A DNA stretch of 64,000 nucleotides, taken from the IMG/VR virus record IMGVR_UViG_3300028394_003206; one strand, 5' to 3'. The notes beneath the pieces were generated by a model. It did no database searches. It was given only the letters and a program-made list of their open reading frames with translations, and had not been told where the DNA came from. Each line of letters begins with the position of its first letter. Position 1 is the stretch's first letter. Shown here piece by piece: positions 29,789 to 40,753 of the stretch. Position numbers and translations under genes: made by a program. Source of the DNA: an uncultured virus (IMG/VR IMGVR_UViG_3300028394_003206). Lineage: Duplodnaviria; Heunggongvirae; Uroviricota; Caudoviricetes.

Positions 29789-29852
29789 ATTGTCATTTTT
29801 GTTAAAAAGGGAAATTGTTTATTTAATATATAATAAAAATGATAAAAAGTTT

Positions 29853-30106
29853 ATGATAATAATTGAAAAAGTATTTATTAATATAGTGCCGCCTAATATT
29901 AAACATTATTTAGAAAAAGGGTATGATTGTAAATATGGAGATAAAATTGAAGTTTCAGTTGAAGATTTGAAATAAAATCAGATTATTATTTTTATAAAGA
30001 TTTATATAAAAATATGGCAAAACAAAAAGCTTGTGAAGATTTAGGATACAATTTTATATTTATAATAAATAAAGATTATACTGAATTTGAAAAATATATT
30101 AAATAA
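29853..30106 (+). pseudogene. Internally deleted free-standing endonuclease gene
   Basis: N-terminal IKHYLEKGYDCKYGDKIEVSVEDL and C-terminal AKQKACEDLGYNFIFIINKDY pieces, typical ends of phage endonucleases, separated by stops. Confidence 0.5.
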
Positions 30107-30132
30107 AAAAGCCACTTTTAAAAGTGGCTTTT
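30105..30132. terminator. Terminator, AGCCACTT family
   Basis: AAAAAAGCCACTTTTAAAAGTGGCTTTT downstream of dnaK. Confidence 0.85.
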
Positions 30133-30137
30133 CATTT

Positions 30138-32015
30138 TTAACCTTTATTTTCTACATCTTCAAAATCAACATCTTCTACATTATCATTTGATGATTCATT
30201 TGTAGTTGTTCCACTTCCTGAACTTTGATATAGTCTTGTTGAAATAGCACTCCAAGTTTCACTTAACTTTTTAGTAGCTTCTTCAATTTTCTCTACATCT
30301 TTACCAGCATAAGCTTCTCTTAAAGAATTTAAATCATTATTTAATGATGTTTTATCATCTTCTGTTAATTGTTCTGCATGTTCTTTAATTTGCTTTTCAG
30401 TGTTGAAAATTAATGAATCCGCAGAATTTAACTTATCAGCTTTTTCTCTTTCAAGTTTATCAACTTCAGCATTTGCTTCAGCATCAGCCTTCATTCTCTC
30501 TACTTCCTCTTTGCTTAAAGATGAACCACCTTCAATTCTGATAGAATTTTCTTTGCCTGTTGCAGCATCTTTAGCTGAAACATGTAATAATCCATCAGCA
30601 CTTACGTCAAGTGTTAAAAGAATTTGTGGAATTCCACGTGGCGCAGGCATAATACCACCCAAGTTAAATCTACCTAATGATTTATTATCCTTTACCATTG
30701 GACGCTCACCCTGTAAAACATGAATATCTACTGATGTTTGGTTATCAGAACTTGTTGAGAAAGTTTCAGTTTTTCTAGTTGGAATTGTAGTTCCTGCTTC
30801 AATTAATTTAGTCATTACACCACCCACGGTCTCTATGGCCAAACTGATGGGAAGAATATCTAATAATAGAATATCAGTCACTTGACCAGATAAAACACCA
30901 CCTTGTATAGTAGCACCAATACTAACTCCTTCATCTGGGTTAACAGATTTGTTAAGAACTTTACCATCGAAAAATTTAGAAACAGCATCTTGAATTGCAG
31001 GAATTCTAGTTGTTCCACCCATTAAAATAACTTCATCAATGTCAGTGATTTTAAGTTTAGCTTTCTTTAAACAATTTTTAACTGGTTCAATTGATTTTAA
31101 AATAAATCCATCAATGATTTTTTCAAATTCTGATTTAGTTAAAGTTTTAGTTAAGTGAATAGGCATACCATCTTTTACTGAAATATATGGTAAGTTAATA
31201 TCACTTGATGTTGTTGATGATAATTCAATTTTAGTTTTTTCAGCAGCTTCTTTTAATCTTTGAAGAGCCATTGAATCTTTTTTAAGATCAATATTATGTT
31301 CTGAATTAAATGAATCATTTAACCAATTAATGATTAATTCATCAACATCATCACCACCTAATTCAGCATTACCATCTGTTGCTAAAACTTCAAATACACC
31401 ATCACTAAATTCAATAACAGAAATATCATGTGTTCCTGAACCTTCATCAAAAACTAAAATCTTTTGAGCTTTATCTGATTTATCAATACCATATGCTAAT
31501 GCTGCAGCCGTTGGTTCATTGATAATTCTTTCAACTTTAAATCCAGCAATTTCACCAGCAATTTTAGTACTTTCTTTTTCAGAGTTACCCCAATAAGCTG
31601 GAACAGTGATTACTGCTCTTTCAACTTCTTCACCTAAAAAATCTTCAGCTGTTTTTTTCATTTTTTGTAAAATCATTGCTGAAACTTCTTCAGGAGAATA
31701 AACTTTACCAGAAATTTCAACAGCTGCTCTTCCTTTATCATTTACTACTTTATAAGGTAATTGTAAGTTTTTAACTTGTTCATAAGTTTTACCCATTAAA
31801 CGTTTAATTGAATAGATAGTGTTTTCTGGATTGATAACTGAACCTCTTTTAGCAGCATCACCTACTTTAATCTCACCATCTTTAATCATAACAACAGAAG
31901 GAGTTGTTCTTTTACCCTCTGCATTTGAAATGATTGTTACATCATTACCATCATAAACTGAAATACAAGAATTTCCAGTTCCAAGATCGATTCCTACTAT
32001 TTTTTTACTTTTCAT
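30138..32015 (-). CDS. dnaK: Hsp70 chaperone DnaK
   Basis: [49 protein letters not shown]. Confidence 0.97.
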   Translation of the reverse strand: MKSKKIVGIDLGTGNSCISVYDGNDVTIISNAEGKRTTPSVVMIKDGEIKVGDAAKRGSVINPENTIYSIKRLMGKTYEQVKNLQLPYKVVNDKGRAAVEISGKVYSPEEVSAMILQKMKKTAEDFLGEEVERAVITVPAYWGNSEKESTKIAGEIAGFKVERIINEPTAAALAYGIDKSDKAQKILVFDEGSGTHDISVIEFSDGVFEVLATDGNAELGGDDVDELIINWLNDSFNSEHNIDLKKDSMALQRLKEAAEKTKIELSSTTSSDINLPYISVKDGMPIHLTKTLTKSEFEKIIDGFILKSIEPVKNCLKKAKLKITDIDEVILMGGTTRIPAIQDAVSKFFDGKVLNKSVNPDEGVSIGATIQGGVLSGQVTDILLLDILPISLAIETVGGVMTKLIEAGTTIPTRKTETFSTSSDNQTSVDIHVLQGERPMVKDNKSLGRFNLGGIMPAPRGIPQILLTLDVSADGLLHVSAKDAATGKENSIRIEGGSSLSKEEVERMKADAEANAEVDKLEREKADKLNSADSLIFNTEKQIKEHAEQLTEDDKTSLNNDLNSLREAYAGKDVEKIEEATKKLSETWSAISTRLYQSSGSGTTTNESSNDNVEDVDFEDVENKG

Positions 32016-32043
32016 ATTTATTTTTATTTTTATTTATACATTT

Positions 32044-32058
32044 CCAAATTATGTGCCA
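32044..32058 (-). promoter_or_regulatory. Sigma54-like -24/-12 element upstream of dnaK
   Basis: TGGCAC-ATAAT-TTGG versus consensus TGGCAC-N5-TTGC. Confidence 0.45.
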
Positions 32059-32140
32059 TAAATTTTATGCTAATAATTTTATATTTTTCATGCCACATAT
32101 TCATTTATTATACTGTAAATACTGACATTGTTTAAGTTTA

Positions 32141-33187
32141 TTATGACATAATTTCAAATAATACATCTTCTAAATCATTAATATTAACTAATTCTATATT
32201 TTGGTAAAAATTATAATTCCATCTCCAATCTAAATATTTATCATAAATTAATAAAGTCTTAACACCTTTAATCCCGGAAAGATGTGCAACAACAGTATCA
32301 ACAGTTACTACAACATCTAAATCATCAATTATGTTAGAAGTGTCTGAAAAATTATTAATATTAGTTTCTTTAACCCAATCATTAGAAAAATCTTTTTGAA
32401 GTGATATAACATCTATATCATCATAATTTAAAATCTCTTCTAATATATCTAAATCAATTGATCTTTCTTTTGTGTTTTTAGATAAACCATTTGTTTTAAA
32501 ACATAATCCAACTTTTAAATTTCCAACTTTCTTTCTTTCTTTAGTTTTTATATTTAAATATTTTTCACAACCATTTTCTAATATAAATAATCTAAATAAA
32601 TCACCACTTGGAATCCAAGCATCAAATTCTTTTATAAAATCATAATCAAATGACCTATCTGTGAAAAATTCAATATTATCAAATTTAAAATTGTCACTAA
32701 AAAGTTCAAACATTTCATGATAAATCTGATATTTTGAACTTTCACATAATTCATTTAACATTATCAAACTCCTTGAAAATAAAATTTCATCACCAAATCC
32801 TTGTTCATTTAAAACAAGGATTTTCTTACCTTTTACATCTTCAACATTTTTTATAATAGGTAATGGTAAATCAGGAAATGATTTTCTCTCATTCAGATAA
32901 CGATATTTATATAACGACATTCCCTTTTCAAATTCATTTAGAAATAAATATGTCATAGAAAGCTCATAACCAGCAGTTTCATAATTATCATAAAAAGATT
33001 TCTCAAATGATATTTTAGCAGCTTTGTAATTATATAAAGAAAAGTGAACTAATCCAATATTATAATATATTATTGGAATTTGATTTATATTCGCAATTTC
33101 TAAAGCCTTTTTATAAGATTTTAAAGCTTTATCATAATTTTTAATATTATAATATTCTATACCTTTATTTACTAATTTTGAAACCAT
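32141..33187 (-). CDS. TPR protein fused to GT9/GT-B-like glycosyltransferase domain
   Basis: N-terminal TPRs; EQGFGDEI.F.R; LDVVVTVDTVVAHLSG; DWRW. Confidence 0.85.
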   Translation of the reverse strand: MVSKLVNKGIEYYNIKNYDKALKSYKKALEIANINQIPIIYYNIGLVHFSLYNYKAAKISFEKSFYDNYETAGYELSMTYLFLNEFEKGMSLYKYRYLNERKSFPDLPLPIIKNVEDVKGKKILVLNEQGFGDEILFSRSLIMLNELCESSKYQIYHEMFELFSDNFKFDNIEFFTDRSFDYDFIKEFDAWIPSGDLFRLFILENGCEKYLNIKTKERKKVGNLKVGLCFKTNGLSKNTKERSIDLDILEEILNYDDIDVISLQKDFSNDWVKETNINNFSDTSNIIDDLDVVVTVDTVVAHLSGIKGVKTLLIYDKYLDWRWNYNFYQNIELVNINDLEDVLFEIMS

Positions 33188-33206
33188 TTTTTTAATATAT
33201 ACTATT

Positions 33207-33983
33207 ATGAGATATATTAAATTATTTGAAAGTTTTAAAACTGAAGAAGAAATACATAGAATATGTAGTGATTATGATATAGAAAATTATACAATTAATA
33301 GTGATGGTTCAATTGATGTAGATGGTAGTGTTTGTTTATCTAATAATTTTTCAAAAAAACTCCCATTGGTTTTCAATAAAGTTACCGGTGATTTTTTATG
33401 TGATTCTAATAAATTAACATCACTTGAAGGTGCTCCTAAAATGGTTGGCGGATGTTTTGATTGTTCTTATAATGAATTAACATCTTTAGAATTTGCACCA
33501 ATTGAAGTAGGTGGATGGTTTCGTTGTCATAATAATAAATTAACATCATTAATAGGTAGTCCGATTAAAATAAATGATGATTATTTCTGTAGTTTTAACT
33601 CACTTGATAACTTAATTGGTAGTCCTGAAAAAATAGGTGGGGATTTTTATTGTAATCAATCAAATTTAAATAGTTTAGAAGGTTCACCAAAAGTAGTTGA
33701 TGGGGAATATATTATGTGGGGAAATAATCTGATGACTTTAAAATATTTACCAGATTTAGATTTTGAATCATTTAATTTAGGAGATAACCCAGTTAAAAAA
33801 ATATGGGACTTATTTAAAAATAAACCAGATAATTTCCTAGAGCTTTTCAACTTCTATGAACCAATTAAATTAATAGATGGTGAATGGGCTATAATCCTAG
33901 AAGTTCTTAACCAAGTTCTATATGAAACTGGTAATGATGAATTTCCTATTAATCAAAAAATTAAAAATTATAAAGTATTATGA
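33207..33983 (+). CDS. Leader-bearing leucine-rich-repeat-like protein (22-aa N.LTSLEG.P..VGG.F.C repeats)
   Basis: MRYIKLFESF; six repeat units. Confidence 0.85.
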   Translation: MRYIKLFESFKTEEEIHRICSDYDIENYTINSDGSIDVDGSVCLSNNFSKKLPLVFNKVTGDFLCDSNKLTSLEGAPKMVGGCFDCSYNELTSLEFAPIEVGGWFRCHNNKLTSLIGSPIKINDDYFCSFNSLDNLIGSPEKIGGDFYCNQSNLNSLEGSPKVVDGEYIMWGNNLMTLKYLPDLDFESFNLGDNPVKKIWDLFKNKPDNFLELFNFYEPIKLIDGEWAIILEVLNQVLYETGNDEFPINQKIKNYKVL

Positions 33984-34671
33984 GATATATTAAATTATTT
34001 GAAAGCTTTAAAAGTGATGAAGAAATACGTATTAAATTTAGATGTAGTAAATATAATATAATTAATTTTACTATAAATGATGATATGTCAATTGATGTAG
34101 ATGGTGATGTTATATTAATTGCTAAAAATATTTCAAAAATACCATTAAAATTTAATAAAGTAAGTGGTAATTTCAATGCTCACATAATTTTTTAACATCA
34201 TTAGAAGGTGCTCCTATTAAAGTAGGTGGGGATTTCTATTGTATTAGTAATCAATTAACATCTTTAGAAGGTGCTCCTATTAAAGTAGGTGGTATTTTTG
34301 ATTGTGGTTATAATGAATTAACATCTTTAGAAGGTGCTCCCAAAGAAGTAGGTGGTGGAATTATTTGTCGTGAAAATAAAATAATGACTTTTAAAGGTTT
34401 TCCAGATATTGATTTAAATAAATATTACACAATGTTCAATCCTATTGATATAATATGGGACTTATTTAATAATAAACCAGATAATTTCTTAGAACTATTT
34501 AACTTCTATGAACCAATTAAATTAATAGATGGTGAATGGACTATAATCCTAGAAGTTCTTAACCAAGTTCTATATGAAACAGATAATAGTGAAATAACAA
34601 TACCTGCTAATAATGGAACAGACCGCAGAATATATAATAAATTAGTTAATAATTCATATAAAATTATTTAA
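33980..34671 (+). pseudogene. Tandem paralog of 33207 with a single frameshift near 34177
   Basis: TTCAATGCTCACAT lacks one base relative to F-N-C-S-H; the shifted frame runs through three repeats into the 34384 ORF. Confidence 0.8.
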
Positions 34672-35116
34672 TTAAATTTGATAATTTTAAATAAGTTTTG
34701 TGATATTTCTTTAATCGTTTGATTTCATAATCACCTAATTCTGGTAATCTTGTTACATCCATATTATCTTTTAAATCAGATAATTTAACATAGATTGCTA
34801 ATTTATTATTCATTACATTATTTATATAATCATCATAAGATATACCATCTACTTTTGTTAAAGCAACAACTGCATCTACAATATCATCTGGAAACTCTTT
34901 TCTTAAATCATTAGCTGTGTAATCACAATCCTCAATTAAATCATGCAATAATCCAACAACTGTCAATTTCTCTCTTATTTCAGTATTTCCCAACACACCA
35001 CCAGCCACTCTAATTAAGTGGTTAATATAAAGCTTACCACCTTTGTCCAATACACCATCGAATGCTTTTGAAACTATATCAAATGCTTTCATTGTTAATT
35101 CAGTTTGTAGAAACAT
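34664..35116 (-). CDS. HD-domain hydrolase (RelA/SpoT hydrolase / Mesh1-like)
   Basis: DKGGKLYINHLIRV, LLHDLIED, VKLSDLKDN. Confidence 0.85.
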   Translation of the reverse strand: MFLQTELTMKAFDIVSKAFDGVLDKGGKLYINHLIRVAGGVLGNTEIREKLTVVGLLHDLIEDCDYTANDLRKEFPDDIVDAVVALTKVDGISYDDYINNVMNNKLAIYVKLSDLKDNMDVTRLPELGDYEIKRLKKYHKTYLKLSNLIK

Positions 35117-35178
35117 ATTTTTTATTTATATTTACAAATATAATAAAACTATTTGATAAAATGTATGAAAATATTTAT

Positions 35179-35577
35179 TTATTTAGTTATAGTTATCAAG
35201 AAGTAATTATTTGCTCTATCATCATCTTCTTCATATTTAATATCAATTATATAATTTGGATATTCATCTTTTAATCTTTTAATTGCAATATCTATCCATT
35301 TAAGAATAAAAGCTATTTTTTCAGAATTTTCAATCATTTTTTGAATACCTTGGAAATGATAAGTACTTGGACCTTCTGCTACACCACCTTTAGTTAATCT
35401 AGGAATATCTATTGATATATCAACATATTCTTCAACATCATAATTAGCAAAATCTTCATGTGTTTCATATTCAACATCACATTCCTTATCATCAGACAAA
35501 TCTGCAAAACAATGTTTGATATATTCTATATCAAGTTCTTCATTAACATTTTCATAGAATCTTTTTAAATGTTTCAT
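35179..35577 (-). CDS. Leader-bearing small acidic protein
   Basis: MKHLKRFYENVNEE; TAATATATA at 35600. Confidence 0.8.
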   Translation of the reverse strand: MKHLKRFYENVNEELDIEYIKHCFADLSDDKECDVEYETHEDFANYDVEEYVDISIDIPRLTKGGVAEGPSTYHFQGIQKMIENSEKIAFILKWIDIAIKRLKDEYPNYIIDIKYEEDDDRANNYFLITITK

Positions 35578-35618
35578 ATCTTTGATTTATTTTATAGAAT
35601 ATATATTAAGTTAGAAAA

Positions 35619-35966
35619 CTATTTTTTACTTTTCCAATCTTTAATTATATTATTGTAAAATCCATTTAATACAGAATTATAAGGTTTATCAAACATAAAA
35701 GCACCATTCACCAAACCATATTTTTTATATAAATAATCTTCAATTTGTGATAAACCCAATTTATCTATTCTTAAAAAAATACCACTATTTGCATAAACTG
35801 CATTATTATTTGGATTATTAAACCATTCATTAAAATTATTGACATTGAATATAATATGCTGGTTTGATATATACCAATTTGTTTCTTCTTTATTTTTAGG
35901 TGCTAAATTATTTAAAACATGATTATCACCACCTTTTTTAAATATACTTTTAATTATATTAAACAT
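35619..35966 (-). CDS. Hypothetical protein
   Basis: 115-aa ORF. Confidence 0.7.
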   Translation of the reverse strand: MFNIIKSIFKKGGDNHVLNNLAPKNKEETNWYISNQHIIFNVNNFNEWFNNPNNNAVYANSGIFLRIDKLGLSQIEDYLYKKYGLVNGAFMFDKPYNSVLNGFYNNIIKDWKSKK

Positions 35967-36015
35967 ATTTTTTATTTAAATGTAAATTTAAAAAGATATT
36001 TTAATATATACAAAT

Positions 36016-36099
36016 ATGAAACATATTAAATTATTTGAAAGTTTTAAAAATGATATTGAAATACACAATTTATGTGAAAAATATAATATAGTAAAGTAA
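36016..36099 (+). pseudogene. Leader plus first residues of an LRR-family gene, truncated (27 aa)
   Basis: MKHIKLFESFKNDIEIHNLCEKYNI matches the 33207/33980 N-termini; TAATATATA at 36002. Confidence 0.7.
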
Positions 36100-36106
36100 T
36101 CTAATA

Positions 36107-36499
36107 ATGAAACATTTAAAACCTTATAAAATATTCGAATCAGTTAATAGAAAATTTGTTAGTGATTTTCTACTTGATTTTGGTTTTATGATAACATTGA
36201 AGTTCTCACAGATTACTAAAATGGGTATTGATGAAACAGCAACCAATGAACTAACTTCTATGATGAAAAGATTGAGAGATCCAATTATAAATGGTAAAAA
36301 ATATACAGAATTAATTGATAATGTAAATGATCTTTACAAATCCCCAAAATTATTATCAGCTATTATTGGACAAATCAGAGAATTGCTAATCTATATCGAA
36401 CCAAGAATTGAAAGGTTTGTTGTAGATGGTAAAGAAAAAGATAACTGGTTGGAAAAAATAAAAGAACTAAAGGAAAATTATAAAAAAATAATATTATAA
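36107..36499 (+). CDS. Hypothetical leader-bearing protein
   Basis: MKHLKPYKIFES. Confidence 0.8.
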   Translation: MKHLKPYKIFESVNRKFVSDFLLDFGFMITLKFSQITKMGIDETATNELTSMMKRLRDPIINGKKYTELIDNVNDLYKSPKLLSAIIGQIRELLIYIEPRIERFVVDGKEKDNWLEKIKELKENYKKIIL

Positions 36500-36501
36500 A
36501 A

Positions 36502-36681
36502 ATGAAACATATAAAATCATATAAATTATTTGAATCATCTGAAGAAATTTTGAATTTATGTTGGTATAATGCTGAAATTGGTCAAATATTACCAAAAAGT
36601 GATATATCTATGTATATAAAAAAACTTCATAGAAATGAAGATGACTTCTATTATGGTGATCTATATGATAAATTAACTTAA
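36502..36681 (+). CDS. Small leader-bearing ORF (59 aa, possibly truncated)
   Basis: MKHIKSYKLFESSEE... Confidence 0.6.
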   Translation: MKHIKSYKLFESSEEILNLCWYNAEIGQILPKSDISMYIKKLHRNEDDFYYGDLYDKLT

Positions 36682-36846
36682 ATTTTATAGATGATATAAA
36701 AGTCATTTTTATATTTTATTTGGTATTCTGATAATTTTATTTGCCATCTAATGGCACAATTGATGAAGCGTCCAAAAAGAAGGTGCTAATGTCACCTGAA
36801 ACTTTATCAAAAGTAGTTCATATAACTAAAAATATAAATTTAAAAT

Positions 36847-37605
36847 ATGGAAAAATTAGGAAATGAATTTCGTAAATATGCTACTAAACATATCGGAATC
36901 CCATCAACAACAGTTGAAGGTATTATAAATCACCAAAATAATAGTTTGATTACTAACTCACTAACTCCTATGATTTTAGAAGAACGTGAATTAAGAGCTA
37001 CACAAATGTCAGTATTTGACCGTTTGATGATGGACCGTATATTATGGGTCGCAGGTGGTGTTGATCAAAGAATGGCTTCAGTTGTTCAAGCACAATTAAT
37101 GTTTTTAGAATCAGTTGATAAATCAAAAGATATTACAATGCATCTGGACAGCCCTGGAGGTTCAGTTCTTAGTGGTCTGGCAATCAGGGACTTAATGAAT
37201 TATATCTCTTGTGATGTAGCAACAATTAATGTTGGGATGTGTGCATCAATGGGTTCAATTTTATTATCATCTGGTCAAAAAGGAAAACGTTCATCATTGA
37301 TTTTCTCTAAAGTTATGACCCATTTTGTATCCCACGGAATACAGGGAAATGTGCAAGAGACTAGAATTGGACATATTGAAGCTGAGAAATATAACTTCAT
37401 GTTGTTCAAAATATTGGCAGAGAATTGTGGAAGAACATTTGATGAGATTTATGAAATATCTAGAACAGATAAATGGTTCTTTAGTGATGAGGCTTTGGAA
37501 TTTGGATTAATTGATGAAGTAATTGGTTTAGATAGAGATAAATCTATAACAAAATATATGGATGGCTTTGATGATTATTATGCAAAAGAAGTATTGAAAA
37601 AATAA
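36847..37605 (+). CDS. clpP: ATP-dependent Clp protease proteolytic subunit
   Basis: SVFDRLMMDRI, DSPGGS, CASMG (Ser), VMTH (His), TDKWF..EALEFGLID. Confidence 0.95.
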   Translation: MEKLGNEFRKYATKHIGIPSTTVEGIINHQNNSLITNSLTPMILEERELRATQMSVFDRLMMDRILWVAGGVDQRMASVVQAQLMFLESVDKSKDITMHLDSPGGSVLSGLAIRDLMNYISCDVATINVGMCASMGSILLSSGQKGKRSSLIFSKVMTHFVSHGIQGNVQETRIGHIEAEKYNFMLFKILAENCGRTFDEIYEISRTDKWFFSDEALEFGLIDEVIGLDRDKSITKYMDGFDDYYAKEVLKK

Positions 37606-37636
37606 AAAAAGGTGAGTTTTTAACTCACCTTTTTTT
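37605..37636. terminator. Bidirectional terminator
   Basis: AAAAAAGGTGAGTT-TTT-AACTCACCTTTTTTT. Confidence 0.85.
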
Positions 37637-38720
37637 ATTTACCTAACCAATCATCCCAACCAAGCCATTCATCTTTAAAAAATTGATTAGGATTTGATGG
37701 TATTTTAGAATATTCACTAGATTTGGTTTTTGCCCATTTTTTCCAATCTCTAGAAGTTTTTATATTATTTTCTTTTATTATATTAATAACTATTTTTTTA
37801 CATTCATCATATGGGTAGTAATATGTTCTTTCTTTCTTTTTAGAAATAAAAAAATCATAACCATTGAAACCATCTTTTTCATAATATCTTTCTGGTTTTT
37901 TAGGCATAAATAGTGGTAATTCATCATTTTTAGTCATTTTTCTATAATCTATACTTGATAATTTATCAAAATTATCTTTAATCCATTTTTTAGCTTCTTC
38001 ATAGGTATAATATACATTATCTTTTTTACGAGTAAAGGGTTTAAAATCCAAAAAAACATCCCAACTAATCCATTCATTTTCATATATTAAATATGGTTTA
38101 CTAGGTATAAAATAAGGAAGTTTAGCTTTACGATATTCAATTGATGATTTTAAATTCATATTTTCTTTTAACCATTTTTTAGCATCATTATATGAAAAAA
38201 ATCTATTTTTATTTAACCAAACATTATTTAAATAATCACCCCAACTAAAATCCCCAAAAACTCTATGTGGTGCAATTGGTAAAAAATCAGGAAAATCTAT
38301 TTTCTTTGACCATTTTTTATAATCTCTAGAGTTCATAACCCAAGATGGTTTATTATCTTTCAACCATTCTATACATTCATTATATGTTTTATAATATTTA
38401 ATTTTACCACTATTACCACCTTTATCACTATTTTTCAATTTACCATCTTTATTATATTCATTTATGGTATTAATTTCTTCTTCTTCCCAATTTTCAATAC
38501 TAACTTCTTTTAATATTTTAAAAGAAATTTTACCACCTTTTTTCAGAACACTTTTAATCCAAGATGTTTTTGGAGTAACACTTTTATCATATAAATGATC
38601 TCTAAGTCTATTTTTTGGGTTATTGCTTTTTCCAACATATTTAATTTCATCTTCTTTACCAACTTCAAACAAACCGTATATATAAGTTGTTCTTCCTTTT
38701 ATTAATTCATCATTTTTCAT
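37635..38720 (-). CDS. GIY-YIG homing endonuclease with repeated C-terminal DNA-binding modules
   Basis: YIYGL..KYVGKSNNPKNRLRDH; four Y.EAK.W...LP..P...W repeats. Confidence 0.85.
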   Translation of the reverse strand: MKNDELIKGRTTYIYGLFEVGKEDEIKYVGKSNNPKNRLRDHLYDKSVTPKTSWIKSVLKKGGKISFKILKEVSIENWEEEEINTINEYNKDGKLKNSDKGGNSGKIKYYKTYNECIEWLKDNKPSWVMNSRDYKKWSKKIDFPDFLPIAPHRVFGDFSWGDYLNNVWLNKNRFFSYNDAKKWLKENMNLKSSIEYRKAKLPYFIPSKPYLIYENEWISWDVFLDFKPFTRKKDNVYYTYEEAKKWIKDNFDKLSSIDYRKMTKNDELPLFMPKKPERYYEKDGFNGYDFFISKKKERTYYYPYDECKKIVINIIKENNIKTSRDWKKWAKTKSSEYSKIPSNPNQFFKDEWLGWDDWLGK

Positions 38721-38774
38721 AAACAACAATTATTTTTTCAATATAAAGTATATATAAAAAAATATACCTTCCCT

Positions 38775-38966
38775 ATGGAGAAAAATGAAAAAAATGAAAA
38801 AAAAGTTTACATATCTAAAAAACTTTATGGAATTGAATACAACAAAAGAAATGTAAATGTACAATTAGATAGAGAATTGATTACAAAATTGAGGGAAAAG
38901 ATTTCACCTGTTACAATAAAGGATTATTTAGAAAATTTGATAAAAGAAAACAACCAGGAATTATGA
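38775..38966 (+). CDS. Small RHH-like protein
   Basis: NVNVQLDRELITKLRE...TIKDYLENLIKE. Confidence 0.55.
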   Translation: MEKNEKNEKKVYISKKLYGIEYNKRNVNVQLDRELITKLREKISPVTIKDYLENLIKENNQEL

Positions 38967-39169
38967 TAAAGTTTTTCACATTAGGAATAATATTATTATA
39001 TTTGTATAGTTGTCATTCATCAGATTATTACAATAGTGACGCTTATAAGATTAAAAAGCGCCAGGAAGTTTCATATGAGATGTTTAAAAAAACACATCAA
39101 GTTAGAAATAAATGTAGTGGTAGGAAACGAGTGGCTAGGAGTAGAAAAAGAAAACAATATTATAATTAA
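38963..39169 (+). CDS. Small putative lipoprotein, basic C-terminus
   Basis: Hydrophobic N-terminus ending LYSC. Confidence 0.55.
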   Translation: MIKFFTLGIILLYLYSCHSSDYYNSDAYKIKKRQEVSYEMFKKTHQVRNKCSGRKRVARSRKRKQYYN

Positions 39170-39177
39170 TTTTTATT

Positions 39178-39504
39178 ATGAGTGGAGGACATTACGATTA
39201 TACTTATTTTAAAATAAGTCATTTAGCCGAGCAAATTGAACGAGAATTTGAGAATGATGGTAAATATATGGTGGAGGATTTTTCAGTTAGTAATAGTTTT
39301 ACATACGAAACCCCTATGAAAGAAGAAGATCATTTCAAAGGTGCGACTGAAGAGCAAAAAGCACAGATTTTATCTGAAATTAGATCATTGGTTAATGATT
39401 TAAAGAAAGTTGCAGATAGAGCAAGGGAGTTGGAATTTTTTATGTCTGGTGATACTGGTTTTGAATCATATTTAAAAAGGGTTAAAAAAATAATTTATAT
39501 ATAG
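39178..39504 (+). CDS. Hypothetical phage protein
   Basis: MSGGHYDY...LEFFMSGDTG. Confidence 0.75.
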   Translation: MSGGHYDYTYFKISHLAEQIEREFENDGKYMVEDFSVSNSFTYETPMKEEDHFKGATEEQKAQILSEIRSLVNDLKKVADRARELEFFMSGDTGFESYLKRVKKIIYI

Positions 39505-39507
39505 ATT

Positions 39508-39882
39508 ATGAAATATTTAAAAAGTTTTAATGAAAAGATTAGCTATGATGAACTTGTAAATTTAATTGATGATTTAGAAGATTTCAAGTATGAGTTGAAT
39601 GATTGTGGAATTGATATGGTGGTTTATCCACATTATGAATTATATCCTATAGATCTTAACATGTTGAGACTTTATTTACAAGGTAGTATAACAGAAAAAA
39701 AAGATTTTTACATAATATTAACTGGTGAAACAGAAGAATCAGATGTGATTGAAGATGTTATTAATAGAATTAAATTAGTTGTTAAAGAATTTGGTTTAAA
39801 AACGGATGTTGAAAAATCTGTATATAAAGGTAGAATTGTAAATAATAGAATATATGAAATATTTATAAATATCTTAAAATGA
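39508..39882 (+). CDS. Leader-bearing small acidic protein
   Basis: MKYLKSFNE; LEDFKYELNDCG. Confidence 0.8.
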   Translation: MKYLKSFNEKISYDELVNLIDDLEDFKYELNDCGIDMVVYPHYELYPIDLNMLRLYLQGSITEKKDFYIILTGETEESDVIEDVINRIKLVVKEFGLKTDVEKSVYKGRIVNNRIYEIFINILK

Positions 39883-39907
39883 TTTTTTGATATTTATATA
39901 TAACTAT

Positions 39908-40207
39908 ATGAATATCAACAAGTATAAAAATAGAAAATTCTGTGATAATATAGAAATCAATAAAAAGATAATAGCACTTTTTTTATTATTTGACAAAACT
40001 GTTGAGGATTTAAATCTAAATAGAAAGAAATCATTGGAATTAATAAACAGTTGGATTTTAGTTTTTCTTAATAAAGAAGAATATGAGATTGCTGAAGCTT
40101 TTAAAAGAAGAAAGCAATTTAAAATTAAAAAGTGGAAAAAGAAAAAAAGAAAAATTTCTTTTAAATTGTTATTCCGTTTTTTACGATATAAAATTTCTAA
40201 ATTTTAA
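39908..40207 (+). CDS. Hypothetical basic protein
   Basis: ATG at 39908; EEYEIAE UVR-like motif. Confidence 0.6.
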   Translation: MNINKYKNRKFCDNIEINKKIIALFLLFDKTVEDLNLNRKKSLELINSWILVFLNKEEYEIAEAFKRRKQFKIKKWKKKKRKISFKLLFRFLRYKISKF

Positions 40208-40216
40208 ATTCCAATT

Positions 40217-40753
40217 TCAATTTCCATCATCATAAATAAATTCTTTAATTATATATTTACTTGGGATAAAATCTATTAAATATACCCCATTTTCAGATTT
40301 TAAGAAGGTATAACCATCTTTAATCATATCTTTGGTGTCTATGGTTAATATTACATATTTTCCTTTTCTAGAGCCAACTTTTTTAGCAGTTTCTAAATCT
40401 GGTGATAGATGGACATGAGTTCTTTTCATTTTTTTAATACCATCTTTTAATATTATATCAAGAGAATCTACTGATGTTCCATGGAACAGATTAGTTTCTG
40501 GGATTACAACTTCATAATCAATATTTGCTTGTATGCTATGACCTTGGTTAGCACGGATTAGAGATTTATCTTTGTTAAAACCAAATCTTTTTTTATCATC
40601 TGTTTCGACTAATAAATCTAAATCTTCTAAAGATATTTTAAAATGTTTTAGAATATCTTTTGTTTTTAGATAACCTTTATCATCTAAAGCCAAACCAATT
40701 GAAGCTGGGTTGTGTCTTAGGATGTATGAAAGTTTTTTACTTATTTTTTTCAT
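40217..40753 (-). CDS. kptA: RNA 2'-phosphotransferase (Tpt1/KptA)
   Basis: SKKLSYILRHNP, DKKRF, IRANQGHS, LFHGT, RTHVHLS, SENGVYL. Confidence 0.95.
   Translation of the reverse strand: MKKISKKLSYILRHNPASIGLALDDKGYLKTKDILKHFKISLEDLDLLVETDDKKRFGFNKDKSLIRANQGHSIQANIDYEVVIPETNLFHGTSVDSLDIILKDGIKKMKRTHVHLSPDLETAKKVGSRKGKYVILTIDTKDMIKDGYTFLKSENGVYLIDFIPSKYIIKEFIYDDGN

Noticed and set aside
34190..34360. CRISPR-like array of 66-bp period
   Set aside because: Units are in-frame coding repeats (LTSLEGAP..VGG) of the LRR-like pseudogene; no cas genes
33800..34585. Diversity-generating retroelement TR/VR pair
   Set aside because: Mismatches are not restricted to adenines, both copies are in paralogous coding frames, and no reverse transcriptase is in the window
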